Made by a program: the position numbers and the translations under genes
Shown here: positions 11,437-22,445 of the stretch, one piece after another
Position numbering within the stretch: position 1 is the first letter of the stretch
Layout of the letters: each line of letters opens with the position of its first letter
Notes under the pieces: generated by a model
Seen by the model: only the letters and a program-made list of their open reading frames with translations
What the model was told of the DNA's origin: nothing
The model's database searches: none
Origin: an uncultured Thermoplasmata archaeon
GTDB taxonomy: Archaea; Thermoplasmatota; Thermoplasmata; Lutacidiplasmatales; UBA184
Reading direction: 5' to 3'
DNA: 64,000 bases
NCBI GenBank assembly: GCA_963715645.1
Contig: OY970259.1
Span: 1,563,457 to 1,627,456 of the forward strand

Positions 11437-11748
11437 CGCACCCGGAAAGAGCTCATCCTCCTTATTCGTCGCGTACGGCCCTGGGCGGGGTGTGTGGTCG
11501 GTGGAGCCTCCGTACGGGTCCGGAGCCCCGAGGGTGGAGAACGGTCTCCTCCCACGTCGGCACGATCCGTCGTTCGCGGACCGGGCGGTCTTCGGGTCAC
11601 CCTCGGACGAAGGGCCGGTGGGGCCCCTGTCCCCCCATGGGAGCTTCCTCCCTCGAGGGGTCCCACTGTCGCCCGTTTGGGATCGACAAGGGCCCAGGCG
11701 TGCCGCCAGGGGGGCGGGGATGTCCCGCGGGAATCCCATGCGGGCTCG

Positions 11749-12953
11749 CTAGATCGAGCGACGGGGTCTCCCCCTTCTCGACCGCCCGAGAGTACTCCCA
11801 CTCGACCGCATGCTTCAGGAGGGCGGCGGGGCTCCCCCAGATTGTCACCCGGCGTAGGCTCCCCGCAGCCTGGCCGAGCCCGAGTGCGACCACGACCCCC
11901 CGCTCCCGGTAGGTGAACCGGCTCATCGGATCCCCGTGGGCGCGTGCGACCACGTTCACGGCAGCGACCCGGGCCTCCGCGAGCGCGGCCTGCGCCGTTC
12001 CCGGCACGTACATGCCGGTGGTCGGGTCCCTGAACTCCACCACGTCCCCCACCGCGAAGACCCCGGGGAACCCCGGGACCTCGAGCGTCGGGTCCACGGC
12101 GATCCGGCCCCCTTTGCCGTGTGCCACGGGCAGCGCCCGGATCGCGGGTGGTGCCTCCAGGCCGGCGCTCCAGACGGCGATGTCGCACGCCAGAACGCTC
12201 CCGTCCTCCAGGAAGACCCGGTTAGGCTCGACCCGGGTCACGTTGAGCCCGTGGATCATCGTCACCCCCGACCTCCGGAGCGATCTACGCGCGTGGGCGA
12301 CCAGATGCGGCAGGAACCCCGCGAGGAAGGGAGAGGATCCGGTCAGCAGAATGACGTCGGGGGGGCGCGCGAGGGCGCCCGCGATGTGGGTCCAGTCGGT
12401 GGTCGCGATCTCGGCGGCGAGCTCGGTGCCGGTCGACCCGCCTCCGATGATGACGACGCGCGGCCGCCGCTCCCCGGGGAGGCCGGAGGACGCCCGTTCG
12501 ACTGTCGCGAAGCGCTGCGGCGAGCTTCTGGGCGCCCGAGAGCCGGTAGACCTGGTAGGTATGCTCGCCAGCCCCCGGGATCCCGTAGTGGGCGGCGACG
12601 TTCCCGAGACAGATGGCGAGCATCCCGTAGGGGACCTCCCTGGTGTCGAGCTTCACCCGGCGGCTAGGCAGATTGATCGACTCGACGGTGCCTTGGACGA
12701 AGTCGATCCCGCGGCGTTCCAGGATCCGCGTGAGGGGCACGATCCAGCCCCCCACGTTGGAGCCGGCCTCCGCGAGCCTTCCGACCTCGTACAACTCGGT
12801 CCGCAAGACGTGCACCGGATGCCGGTCCACGACCACCAGGGGAATCCGGCCACGCGTCCTCCGCGAGACCTGCTGGGCCACCGTCAGGCCCGCGTACCCC
12901 GCTCCGAGGATCACGATGGGAGCCACCGCCGAGACCGGGACCGGGGCCGACAT
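11749..12953 (-). CDS. NAD(P)/FAD-dependent oxidoreductase (NDH-2-like), frameshifted
   Basis: ILGAGYAG, IIGGGSTGTELAAE, VWSAG, VFAVGD and PGTAQAA. Confidence 0.85.
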
Positions 12954-13115
12954 GGCCGGCCAGCCCTCCCCGCGAGAAGAGGTTTGCGCGGCAGTTTCGG
13001 AACCCCAGACTGTCGGTGGGCGCGCCGCGACGGCGGAGCCGAGGGCGAGGACATCCCTGGGCCGCCGCGGCATCGACCGGGCAGGTAGATTATGCATCGT
13101 GCCCTCTGCTGTCGG

Positions 13116-14681
13116 ATGGAACTGTCCGGCAGCACGAGGGTCCCGTTGGCCGACGCGCGCGCCCTCGGCGTTCCCCTGCCGGAGGAGCGGGTCGAGGTGA
13201 CAGTATTACTCCGCCGTCGGTCAGATGTTGCCCCATTCCCCTCGGCCGCCGAACTGGGGACCGAGCCCCTCTCCCGCCGACGATACGTAAGCCGCGAGGA
13301 GTTCGCCACCACGCACGGAACCCATCCGGAGGACCTCGGACGGGTCCGCGCGTTCGCGGCCTCAGCTGGACTCGAGGTGGTCTCGGAGTCCACCGGCGCA
13401 CGCACGGTCCACCTGGGGGGCCCGCTCAGTGCGGTCGAGCGCGCGTTCGGGGTTCGGCTCCAGAGGTGGACGTACCCCGGCGGGACGTACCGGGGCCGTA
13501 CGGGCCCCATCCACCTTTCTCCCGAACTGGCCACCATCGTTCGTGGGGTGTTCGGCCTCGACAACCGACCCCAGGGTCGCACCCACTTCCGTCGGCGAAC
13601 GGTCGCGCGAGCCGGAGACCTTTCGTACGCCCCACCGACGGTGGCGGCAGCCTATCGCTACCCCAGCGGGACCACGGGGGCGGGCCAGTCGGTTGGCCTG
13701 CTCGAGTTCGGGGGCGGCTATTCCCTCCCTGACCTCACGACCTACTTCGGAGCGCTGAGCCTTGCGGTTCCCCCCGTTTCCGACGTTTCCGTGGACGGCG
13801 GCTCCAATGCCCCGACGGGCGACCCGGGCGGTCCCGATGGAGAGGTCCAGCTCGACATCGAGGTGGCGGGGTCCGTCGCGCCCGGCGCGAGCCTAGTGGT
13901 CTACTTCGCCCCGAACACCGACCAAGGGTTCCTGGACGGGCTCAGCGCGGCGGTCCACGACACCGCGCACCGACCGTCGGTCGTCTCGATCAGCTGGGGA
14001 GGACCCGAGGGTTCCTGGACGGCGCAGGCTCGCGATGCCCTCAACTCGGTCTGCGAGGATGCGGCCACGATGGGAGTGACCGTGACCGCCGCCGCGGGCG
14101 ATGGCGGCGCGACCGACGGCACGTCCCCGGGCACGCTCGAAGTGGACTTTCCCGCCTCGAGCCCGAACGTCCTCGGATGCGGGGGGACCCGGCTGGTCCT
14201 ATCGGGGATTTCGATCTCGAACGAGACGACCTGGAACGAGATCGGGTCGGGAGAAGGAGCGACCGGGGGCGGGGTAAGCCGGGCCTTCGCTCGACCGACC
14301 TACCAGGCCCATGCCAACGTTCCGGCATCCCCGTCGAGAGCGCCCGGACGCGGCGTACCCGACGTGGCGGGCGACGCCGACCCGAGTTCCGGTTACGCCG
14401 TCCGGGTCGATGGACACGACACCGTGATCGGAGGGACGAGCGCCGTAGCGCCCCTCTGGGCGGCCCTCATCGCACGGCTCGACCAGGCGCTCGGGGTCCC
14501 TCTGGGATTCGCCAACCCGCTTCTTTACCAGTCCGTCGCCGCGGCGACCTTCCACGACATCACGACCGGGAACAACGGCGGCTACTCGGCCGGCCCCGGT
14601 TGGGACCCGTGCACGGGGCTAGGGAGCCCGGACGGCGCCAAGCTTCTAGCGGCCCTCCAGAGCTTGGGCCGGGGGCCGTAA
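13116..14681 (+). CDS. S53 sedolisin/kumamolisin-like acid peptidase with prodomain
   Basis: Catalytic EVQLD, AAAGDGG and GGTSAVAPLWA; calcium site GWDPCTGLGSP; N-terminal Pro-kuma activation domain. Confidence 0.93.
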   Translation: MELSGSTRVPLADARALGVPLPEERVEVTVLLRRRSDVAPFPSAAELGTEPLSRRRYVSREEFATTHGTHPEDLGRVRAFAASAGLEVVSESTGARTVHLGGPLSAVERAFGVRLQRWTYPGGTYRGRTGPIHLSPELATIVRGVFGLDNRPQGRTHFRRRTVARAGDLSYAPPTVAAAYRYPSGTTGAGQSVGLLEFGGGYSLPDLTTYFGALSLAVPPVSDVSVDGGSNAPTGDPGGPDGEVQLDIEVAGSVAPGASLVVYFAPNTDQGFLDGLSAAVHDTAHRPSVVSISWGGPEGSWTAQARDALNSVCEDAATMGVTVTAAAGDGGATDGTSPGTLEVDFPASSPNVLGCGGTRLVLSGISISNETTWNEIGSGEGATGGGVSRAFARPTYQAHANVPASPSRAPGRGVPDVAGDADPSSGYAVRVDGHDTVIGGTSAVAPLWAALIARLDQALGVPLGFANPLLYQSVAAATFHDITTGNNGGYSAGPGWDPCTGLGSPDGAKLLAALQSLGRGP

Positions 14682-14693
14682 CGGACCCGCGGG

Positions 14694-15363
14694 CTACGGG
14701 GCGATCCCGAAGGCGTCGAGGAAGCTCCACCACGCCCCGAGCGAGCGGTCGACCCCACGCAATGCGTCCCGGGGGGCGGTGCCGCCGGCTCGGAGTTCGC
14801 GCTCGAGGATGGAACGCTCGGCCGCGGAGTGGGCCACGTCCGCCGCGGTGTGCACGCGGAAGAACTCGTGGGCAGCACGGGACCGGATCCCGTAGTTCGC
14901 ACGGAGGCCCCGGGACTTCTCCGCCGCGACGGCGGGGAACTGCCGCTCGTAGGCATAGAGGGCCCCGAGGGCGCCGGCGGGACTCCCGCCCGGCCCGAGC
15001 GTGAGGCGCTCATAGGTAGACATCAACCGTCGTGTGGGGAGGGTGGGCGGCGGTGGAGCTCCTGCCTTCCAGCGGGCCCCGATGCCGCGAGCGAAATCCA
15101 CCCAGAGCTCCGGATGGGTCGGGGACCTGCCCTCCTCGTCGATGAGGTTCTCTAGGCAGGACCTTCCGGTCGCGCGAGGCGAGGAGCTTCGCGTAGGCAC
15201 CGGCCACGTACCGCGGGAAGTTCGCTTCGAAGTGGTAGTACTGCCCCGCGTACTCTCGCAAGGTTTCGATTGGGAGCTCGCCGCGAGACCAGGCCGTGTA
15301 GAACGGGTGCTGGAGCAGGTGGCGGTGGGCAATGTGGCGTTCGATCTCGGCGAGCGTTGTCAT
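14694..15363 (-). CDS. CADD-family heme-oxygenase-like diiron protein (TenA/PqqC superfamily), frameshifted
   Basis: LLQHPFYTAWSRGEL, YAGQYY, ENLIDEE...HPELW, YAYERQFPAVAAEK and FFRVHTAADVAHS. Confidence 0.85.
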
Positions 15364-15409
15364 CGGGTCGGGGAGAGGAGGAGGGGTTTATCGAGCCTTC
15401 GGGTCACCC

Positions 15410-15746
15410 CTACCGCCTTGGCGGACGCTCCGGGGGAGATTCTGCCGGGCCGAATACGACGAGCACCACCAGTTCCTCTTCGATGGCGTGGAAGCGGTGG
15501 GACTCCCCGGCGCGGACGAAGAGGAGGTCCCCCGGACCGACTGCGCGGTCCTCCGAACCTTGGCGGAACCGGGCGCGGCCTCGAACGACGTGGTAGACCT
15601 CGGGTTCCCGGTGGGGCGATTGCGGGTCGGTGCTTCCCGCGGGGAGAAGCGTACACCCCGGGAGAGAGCGACGGGACCCGGAGGAACTCGCGGTACCGCT
15701 CGCCACTCCGACGAACCTCCCGGACCAGGGCGTCGATCGAGGTCAT
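15410..15746 (-). CDS. Cupin domain protein, frameshifted
   Basis: YREFLRVPSLS, DPQSPHREPEVYHV and GDLLFVRAGESHRFH. Confidence 0.8.
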
Positions 15747-15767
15747 GGTCCCCCGTCAGCACCCTCC

Positions 15768-16424
15768 CTACTCCCCGAGACGGCGGTCCAGGGACGGAAC
15801 TCGGGCCTGCCGGCCCAGTTGGATGGCCGCGAGGAGGCCCCAGATGAGGATGGGGGCGACGATGAATCGCTCGACCAAGCCGGGGGCCCACGTTGAATTG
15901 TTGGACTGGGTCGGCACATAGTAGGCCAGCGAGGTGAGCGTCACCAGCCCGAGCGCCGCCGAAGGCGTACGGAGCCAGTCCCAGCCGGTCCTCTGGTGCA
16001 TGCCCGCGGCAAGCACCACCAGGGCGACCCCGCCAGGGGCAAACACGAGGAGGGAGACCACGTCGTGCACCGGCGGGTTGACGTTCTCCGGGAAGCACCC
16101 CACGAGGACCGCGGCGATGCTCGCGAGGAGCACAAGAGGGAGCCCCGCCCCGCGGCTCCCTCCCCGAGGGAACCCTTCCCAGGCGAGGAGCACGCCCACG
16201 AAAGCGAGGAGCCCGAGGAGGATGATCGAGACATTGAAGACGACGAACCCGGGCGAGGTGGCGGTGTTCCCGAGGTCGCTGATGTAGTTCGCGAAGTCCG
16301 AGTAGCCGGGGTACTCGGACTGAACGACCGCCATCGCGAGCGTGAACTGTACGACCCCGAAGGCGATGAGAGCGGCCCCCAGCGGCACGGTCCGTGACAG
16401 AGCCCGGGGCGCACGCTCGTTCAT
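15768..16424 (-). CDS. DUF998 family membrane protein
   Basis: YPGYS..NYISDLG, VGCFPEN..VH and GLVER. Confidence 0.8.
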   Translation of the reverse strand: MNERAPRALSRTVPLGAALIAFGVVQFTLAMAVVQSEYPGYSDFANYISDLGNTATSPGFVVFNVSIILLGLLAFVGVLLAWEGFPRGGSRGAGLPLVLLASIAAVLVGCFPENVNPPVHDVVSLLVFAPGGVALVVLAAGMHQRTGWDWLRTPSAALGLVTLTSLAYYVPTQSNNSTWAPGLVERFIVAPILIWGLLAAIQLGRQARVPSLDRRLGE

Positions 16425-16554
16425 GGGGACGCGACGCCACACGCAGCCGCCGACAAGGTCCTTTCGGGGGGAGGAGGCGCTTCGGGAGCGCCAGGAGGGC
16501 GTAGTCCACCCAGCCTCAATCTACATGAGGGGGAGGAGGCTCGCGGGGAAACCC

Positions 16555-17520
16555 ATGCGACTGCTCACGTTCGACGAGCTCACCCCATCGATGGAGGTGG
16601 ACCGCACCCTCCTCCAGCTCGCGGCGTTCGGGGGCACCTTCCCGCGGCGCGCGGTCACGCTCTGGCGGAACCGTTCGAAGATGCTGGCCGACTACGTCGG
16701 GCTGTTCGCGCTGGAGCAGGGTCGGGTCGTCGGTCAGGTCTTCGTGCTCCGAGTCCCGTACACGTTCCGCGAGGGAGCCGAGACCCTCAGCGGCCTCGCG
16801 GGGGTTGCGACACGGCCGGACCGCGGACGAACCGGGATCGGCCGTGCCTTGCTGGCCGAGGTCCATCGACGGGAGCACGAGGCCGGGATACGGTTCGTTA
16901 CGCTCTGGACGAACCGGTCCTGGGGGGCGCACGGATTGTATGAGAAGCTCGGGTATCGGGATGTCTACTCCTCGCCGTGGGCCGTTCACGGGGGCGTCGC
17001 CCCCCGGCGGTCGGCGCGGCGCCGTCGCGGGATTCGGCCGGCGCGCCTCTCCGACCTCGCGAGTATCGAACGGCTCCACGCCGCAGAGGCCGAGGGCAGG
17101 CTCGGCTTCTGTCGGGGGCCCACGGGGTATCTCCGCACCGCGGCCCTTGCGGGGGAGATCGACCCTCGGAAGGACCTCATGGTCGCTTACGATGACGGGC
17201 GACTGGTCGGCTACGCCCACGTCGAACGAAACGCTTACCGAGCGGTCTGTGGGGAGCTGGTCGCGACGTCCCTCGCGATGCGCCGGGCCCTGGTCGCCGA
17301 GGTCCAGTACACCGCGAAGGGCGCGCCGTTCGGATTCCAGCATACGTTGGTGACCGACACCCCGCAGCTGTTCCGCGAGCCGGGGTACTCGACCTCGACC
17401 CAAGCCTGGTGGGGATTCATGGGGAACGCACTCGGTCGGAGCTGGGGATCTCGGGAGGCGGTACGCCGGTTCGCCACCGACTACCCGCGATTCCTCTGCC
17501 TCGCCGGGGACCGCTTCTAG
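16555..17520 (+). CDS. GNAT acetyltransferase (Eis-like tandem GNAT)
   Basis: GVATRPDRGRTGIGRALL and HGLYEKLGY. Confidence 0.8.
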   Translation: MRLLTFDELTPSMEVDRTLLQLAAFGGTFPRRAVTLWRNRSKMLADYVGLFALEQGRVVGQVFVLRVPYTFREGAETLSGLAGVATRPDRGRTGIGRALLAEVHRREHEAGIRFVTLWTNRSWGAHGLYEKLGYRDVYSSPWAVHGGVAPRRSARRRRGIRPARLSDLASIERLHAAEAEGRLGFCRGPTGYLRTAALAGEIDPRKDLMVAYDDGRLVGYAHVERNAYRAVCGELVATSLAMRRALVAEVQYTAKGAPFGFQHTLVTDTPQLFREPGYSTSTQAWWGFMGNALGRSWGSREAVRRFATDYPRFLCLAGDRF

Positions 17521-17623
17521 ATCCGTCGACTCCACCTTCCGCAAGCCGGCCGCCTCTTTGGGGTAGTCTCCGCGGCGGGCGGGGAGAAGATATTCGGGGC
17601 ACCACATTGGCTCCCAGGAGCCT

Positions 17624-18442
17624 ATGGAACAGGACCTTCGCATCCCGGTAGGGGACAAGGAGATGGACGCCTACTTGGTGACGCCGGAAGGCACGCCCGG
17701 GCACCGACCCGCCGTGGTGGTGATCCACGAGATCTTCGGCCCGGATGCGCACATCCGAGACGTGGCCCGGCGCTTTGCGGGCCAGGGATACGTCGTGCTC
17801 GCACCCAACCTGTTCTCGGGAGAGCTCGAGAACGTGCTGACCCCTCCCAACGTCGTGTTGGCCATGCGGGCCTTGACCGAGGCACCGCCAGGTCTCCGGG
17901 GAAGCCCGGAGAAGATGGCCGAGTTTGCAGCTAGCCAGCCTCTGGAACGCCGCCCCGTCCTGGTAGCGCTTGCCCACATCTCCGACCCCAGGACCCAGGC
18001 GGGCTTTGCGGAGGACCTCGGCGGAATGACCCGGTTTCTCCGTTCGCATCCGGCGGTGGACCCGGACCGGATCGCCTCGGTCGGCTTCTGCTTCGGTGGA
18101 GCGATGTCCGGCCTGCTCGCTACGGTCGACCCGAGACTTCGCGCCGCGGTCATCTTCTACGGGCAGAACCCGCCCTTGGAACGGGTACCGATGATCCGGG
18201 CCCATCTCCTCGGCCTCTACGGGTCCGAGGACCCTGGTATCACCGGCAAGGTCCCGGAGCTAGCGGCGGCCGTGCGAGCGGCCGGCGGGTCCTTCGAGTC
18301 CCACGTCTATCCCGGGGCCCGCCACGCGTTCTTTAACGACACCCGACCCGGCAACTATCATCGCGAGAGTGCCGAGGATGCATGGCCCCGCGTTCTCACG
18401 TTCCTCCGGGCTGAGTTCGCCCCCCGGGGAGACCCCTCGTAG
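17624..18442 (+). CDS. Dienelactone hydrolase family protein
   Basis: VIHEIFG, GFCFGG nucleophile elbow, GSED and YPGARHAFFND. Confidence 0.92.
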   Translation: MEQDLRIPVGDKEMDAYLVTPEGTPGHRPAVVVIHEIFGPDAHIRDVARRFAGQGYVVLAPNLFSGELENVLTPPNVVLAMRALTEAPPGLRGSPEKMAEFAASQPLERRPVLVALAHISDPRTQAGFAEDLGGMTRFLRSHPAVDPDRIASVGFCFGGAMSGLLATVDPRLRAAVIFYGQNPPLERVPMIRAHLLGLYGSEDPGITGKVPELAAAVRAAGGSFESHVYPGARHAFFNDTRPGNYHRESAEDAWPRVLTFLRAEFAPRGDPS

Positions 18443-18937
18443 CCGACCGTCTCGTAGAGCCGGCCCAAAGGACGGTCAAGATCGACCCGGTCGTGCGATG
18501 CATCGCGGCTCCCCCGCCTGCCGGCAAGGTGGACGCCCGACCGGAGCGGCTCCGCCAACGTTGGGCGCCGGGGGATTGCCGGCCCCGGAGGGTAGGGGGC
18601 GATCGACGACGCGGGGAGGGCCGTGCCTGCTGCCCCACCGCGATGGTGCGGCCCGGAGGACCGCCCCGATCCGGGCACGGCCGTCCACGAGGGGTCCGGC
18701 CCAGCGACCGCGAGCCCTCCCGACCGGGACGCGAGGAGCTTCCCCGCGGGGATCCTGCCCCCGGCGGCACGACGTGATTCCCACCTCGGGGGTGGCGGGG
18801 GCCCGAGCCCGGAGAGAGTCGCCTCGGCAACCCCTCTCCACGACACGGGTCTCCCCTTTATAGACCCGAAATGCGCTAGTAGTTTTCTCGGGAGTGCGGG
18901 GCCAACCGCACGGCCGACCCCCGGGGGGAGGAGGCTG

Positions 18938-19638
18938 CCATTCCAATCAAGTCCCGTATCTACGCCAGTGACTGGAAGAAGCCCACGTCGTTCGGCTTCT
19001 GGGGAGCGTCCGCAGGGGACCAGTGCCGACTCGCATCGGCGGTCGCCCGCCGAGTCAACCCGGACCTCTATTGGCTCCAGGTCGAAGAGCCAGGCGAACC
19101 CCATGACCCCGCCGAGCTCGCCATCTTGGAGCAGATTCCGCCCGACCACCTCTTCTTTGTCAACCCTGCGCAGCTGGCCCCCCACCCCGATTTCGGCCCC
19201 CTAGCCAGCTGGTTCGTCCGCGAGGATATCGAGGCGGACACCCGACTGCACACGCTCGCGGACTTCATGCGTCTGCCGAACCTCGCGCGGGACCTCCTAG
19301 ACGACCGCAGCGCGGTCGGTACCACCAAGGCCCTGGTGATCGGCCGCGGCGATCGACTCGCAGTATTCTATCAGACGGAGGAGCGCGGGATCCGGCCCTT
19401 CATCGATGCGATCAATGCCTACTCCGCGACCCTGATCATCGCATTCCCATCGCCCACCCCGCCGAAGAACGCCCGGGACGTGGACTACCTGTTCCATGTG
19501 GAAGGCGGGAACGACGGGGGCCGGTCCGCCAGGATGATCGAGTGTGAACTGGGGGCGCCGCGGGGGAGCCCCGGTCTCTTTACCGCGGGGGACCGCCGGT
19601 CGGTGGGCGCGGTCCTAGAGACTCTCGAGCGCTCCTGA
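18938..19638 (+). CDS. Hypothetical protein, frameshifted near N-terminus (start uncertain)
   Basis: Protein-like reading frame extends upstream of ORF 19126..19638 (VARRVNPDLYWLQVEEPG); GGAGG near 18930. Confidence 0.55.
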
Positions 19639-19934
19639 ATTGGGACTGCTCTCCGGCCCGGTCCGCCTTGAGGTGCGGGAGGTTCCCCCTTCGAAAACGA
19701 ACGCATCCCGCTCCCGAACCACGTTCACCACGCGACTTGACCCGTTCCGTACCGAGGGGGCGCGGAAGCGACGCTGGCGGAATGACACCAAGTTCTCGCC
19801 CCTTCGAAGAAGCGACTGTGACCCGAACCATTCGGGGGAGATGCCGTCGCCTACGGGAAGCCGCGCGCATGCTCGCACGGGGATGAAATACCCCCGCCCT
19901 GTTAGTTCCGGAACGACGGACAACGTATCGCACC

Positions 19935-20675
19935 ATGAAACTCACGTTCCTCGGCACCGGGGCCGGAAACTTCCGGGGAAGCCGCCGTCAGATGTGCAGT
20001 GCGTTCGTCGGAGGAGCCCTGCTCGATTGCGGGGCGGGGACGACCGGCCGGCTCCACGACGCAGGACTCTTTGACAGCGTGGAGGGCATTCTCATTTCCC
20101 ATCTGCACAGCGACCACATCGCCGGGCTCTTCGATTTCTTGCTGAGTGCGCTGATCACGGAGCGGAAGCGGCCGCTCACGATCGTTTCCCCACCGGGGCT
20201 TTCGTCGATCCTGAAGGCGATGAACGACGTGAAGGCGATGGTCAAGGACCCGGCGGAGCTCTATGACCTTCGGCTGATCGAGGAACTCCGTCCCGAAGTG
20301 ACGATCGGTTCGTGGCGAGCCGTGGGCGTCCCTCTCGACCACACGGTATACAACCTCGGCTATCTCCTCACCGGGGACGACATGACGCTCTTCTACACGG
20401 GCGACACCCGGCAGCCATCGGTCGGCGACGGCCTTCGTGCGGACTTCGTCATCCACGAATCGACCTATGCCGACCGGAACCGCCAGCTCGCTCACCAATT
20501 CGGACACTCCACCGCTTCGCAAGCCGCCCAGGCGGCCTCCCGGCTACGAGCCCGTCGATTGTTCTTGACCCATATCGGCAGCTTAGAGGGCACCGAGGTC
20601 GAGATCCGCCGCGAGGACCGGGCCGGGTTCCCCGACTCGACGGTCGCGGAGGACGGCGGTCAGCACGACCTCTGA
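19935..20675 (+). CDS. MBL-fold metallo-hydrolase (RNase Z/BN-like)
   Basis: LTFLGTG, DCG, SHLHSDH, YTGDT, HEST, HST and LTH. Confidence 0.88.
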   Translation: MKLTFLGTGAGNFRGSRRQMCSAFVGGALLDCGAGTTGRLHDAGLFDSVEGILISHLHSDHIAGLFDFLLSALITERKRPLTIVSPPGLSSILKAMNDVKAMVKDPAELYDLRLIEELRPEVTIGSWRAVGVPLDHTVYNLGYLLTGDDMTLFYTGDTRQPSVGDGLRADFVIHESTYADRNRQLAHQFGHSTASQAAQAASRLRARRLFLTHIGSLEGTEVEIRREDRAGFPDSTVAEDGGQHDL

Positions 20676-20739
20676 CCCTCGAGCAGTCTCGGCCGGCGGG
20701 TCCGGACCCGGCCTCGACCCAGGATGCCCGCGCGACCGG

Positions 20740-21100
20740 GCGCGAGGAGCGCGTCGGGTCCGAGCCATACCTTGAGGGCTCGGTCGATGCGGGGCCAGGG
20801 GGACGGATCGCCTGCGGGATAGCCGAGGTCGGCGAGGTGATCGAGAGCCCAGCGAATCCCCGTCCACTTCCAGTAGACCCCGAGGGGGAGCTTCCGAGGA
20901 GCTGGTCGGGTACGCTCCCTCAGCAGCACCCGGGTCCGTCCGCCCCGACGGATCTCCTCTTGCAACCTCCCGAGGGATCCGGAGGCAGGATCTTCCCCGA
21001 GAACGCGGATACGCGTCTTCCAGCGGATCGACGGCTCGCGCGACCTCAGCAGACGAGCTACGACGTCGCTCCGGGACCCGCAACCCGGACGGGCCCCCTC
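20740..21100 (-). pseudogene. Truncated fragment of an alpha/alpha-toroid (prenyltransferase-repeat-like) protein
   Basis: EPSIRWKTRIRVLGED and VYWKWTGIRWALDHLADLGYP recall the N-terminus of that family, but the frame runs out after about 120 aa. Confidence 0.45.
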
Positions 21101-21325
21101 CTCTTTTGGATACCGCTCCCCGATAGGCAGCCCCGAACCGCGCCGGGAGACAATTTCCCCCGATTGAACGCGCCCGACTCTAGCCGGTATCAACTATTGC
21201 ACTTGTTGGACGCTTCCTAACTAACCCGGAAGGTGCAACAAGCGTCGGACAGACGAAGCCGGGCGACCTAGCCGCTAGAATCGGGCTATAATGAGCAGCC
21301 ATAAGTGAACCGTTAGCTTCGGGGA

Positions 21326-21871
21326 ATGCAGGGACTCAACATGGATTCCGAACTAGAGTTGATTCGTGCGTGGTTCGCTTACCTGGCCGACACGCGGCAG
21401 GGTTACCTCGAGACGCTCGCGAAACTGCCGCCGGCAGAGCTAATCCGCGACAGGGGCGCGTCGCACCCTTCCTTACTCGATATCTTCGCGCACTCTCAAG
21501 GTGCCCTCTACTTCTGGATGAAGGACTGCGCGACGTTTCCGTTCCCGCCGCAGGAGGGTGAATCTGACGCTCCGCCCACTGTCGACGTTTTGAAGAAGGA
21601 CGAGACGTACATCCAGACCCAGATCCGACGGGTCATGGCGGAGCTGACGGAAGCCAACCTCTCACGTACGGTCACCAGAGTGAAGGGGAGGGGGTCGGAC
21701 CATGACTGTCAGGTTCCGGTACGAGACGCGCTGTGGCATCTGGTAGAAGAAGAACTCCAGCATCGTGGTGAACTCAACGCACTCCTCTGGCAGATCGACG
21801 TTAACGCGCCGGTCGTGAGTTGGGTCAAGTGGGCCCACACGGTAGGTCGGATCAAGGACCCACCGTCGTAG
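21326..21871 (+). CDS. DinB family protein
   Basis: SLLDIFAH and ALWHLVEEELQHRGEL metal-binding His pattern. Confidence 0.85.
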   Translation: MQGLNMDSELELIRAWFAYLADTRQGYLETLAKLPPAELIRDRGASHPSLLDIFAHSQGALYFWMKDCATFPFPPQEGESDAPPTVDVLKKDETYIQTQIRRVMAELTEANLSRTVTRVKGRGSDHDCQVPVRDALWHLVEEELQHRGELNALLWQIDVNAPVVSWVKWAHTVGRIKDPPS

Positions 21872-22000
21872 CGGCGAGCGAGCCCAGCGCCCAATCCTGT
21901 GTGCAACAACCTTGCGACCAGTCTGCAAACTCAGTTTTGCGGGCGCGGTGCCCTTCGCACCAGCTGCCACCGGAAGCGGGCTCACCCCCGCGCGCCCTAC

Positions 22001-22279
22001 TCAGTGCTGGGGTGACGAGGGCGAAGAAGCTTGTTGCGCCGCCGCCATCCCCCGCTTGGGGAGGTATCGGTAGACTAGGTAGGCGAGAATGGCAACGTAG
22101 AGAATGACGCCTCCCACGATCGCGAGGATGACGTTTTCCCCGACGCGGGAGGTACCGACGTCCTGGATGTATCCGAGCAGCCCGGACAGGACTATCGTAA
22201 AGACGACCCCCAAGCCGATCTGAAGTGCACTGGGGCGACGCCGATAGAACGCGACCGAGATGAGCCCTGGTAGAATCAT
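22001..22279 (-). CDS. Small membrane protein
   Basis: 92 aa with 2-3 hydrophobic helices. Confidence 0.55.
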   Translation of the reverse strand: MILPGLISVAFYRRRPSALQIGLGVVFTIVLSGLLGYIQDVGTSRVGENVILAIVGGVILYVAILAYLVYRYLPKRGMAAAQQASSPSSPQH

Positions 22280-22445
22280 CCGTCACCGGAGCCGTTACGT
22301 AGTACTATACGAGGTTGGGCCAAACGCGGAACTTTACCGACGTCCAGGGGTCTTCGACCGGTCGATGCGATGATCGGTGGGCAACAACTCTTGCACGCGC
22401 CCGTCAGCCATGGGCGCAAGAGTCGGCACACCCAGTCCTGCCCAA

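Noticed and set aside
18443-18930. Possible ncRNA or gene in the GC-rich gap after the dienelactone hydrolase
   Set aside because: No recognisable RNA family motif or credible ORF by eye; needs an Rfam search.
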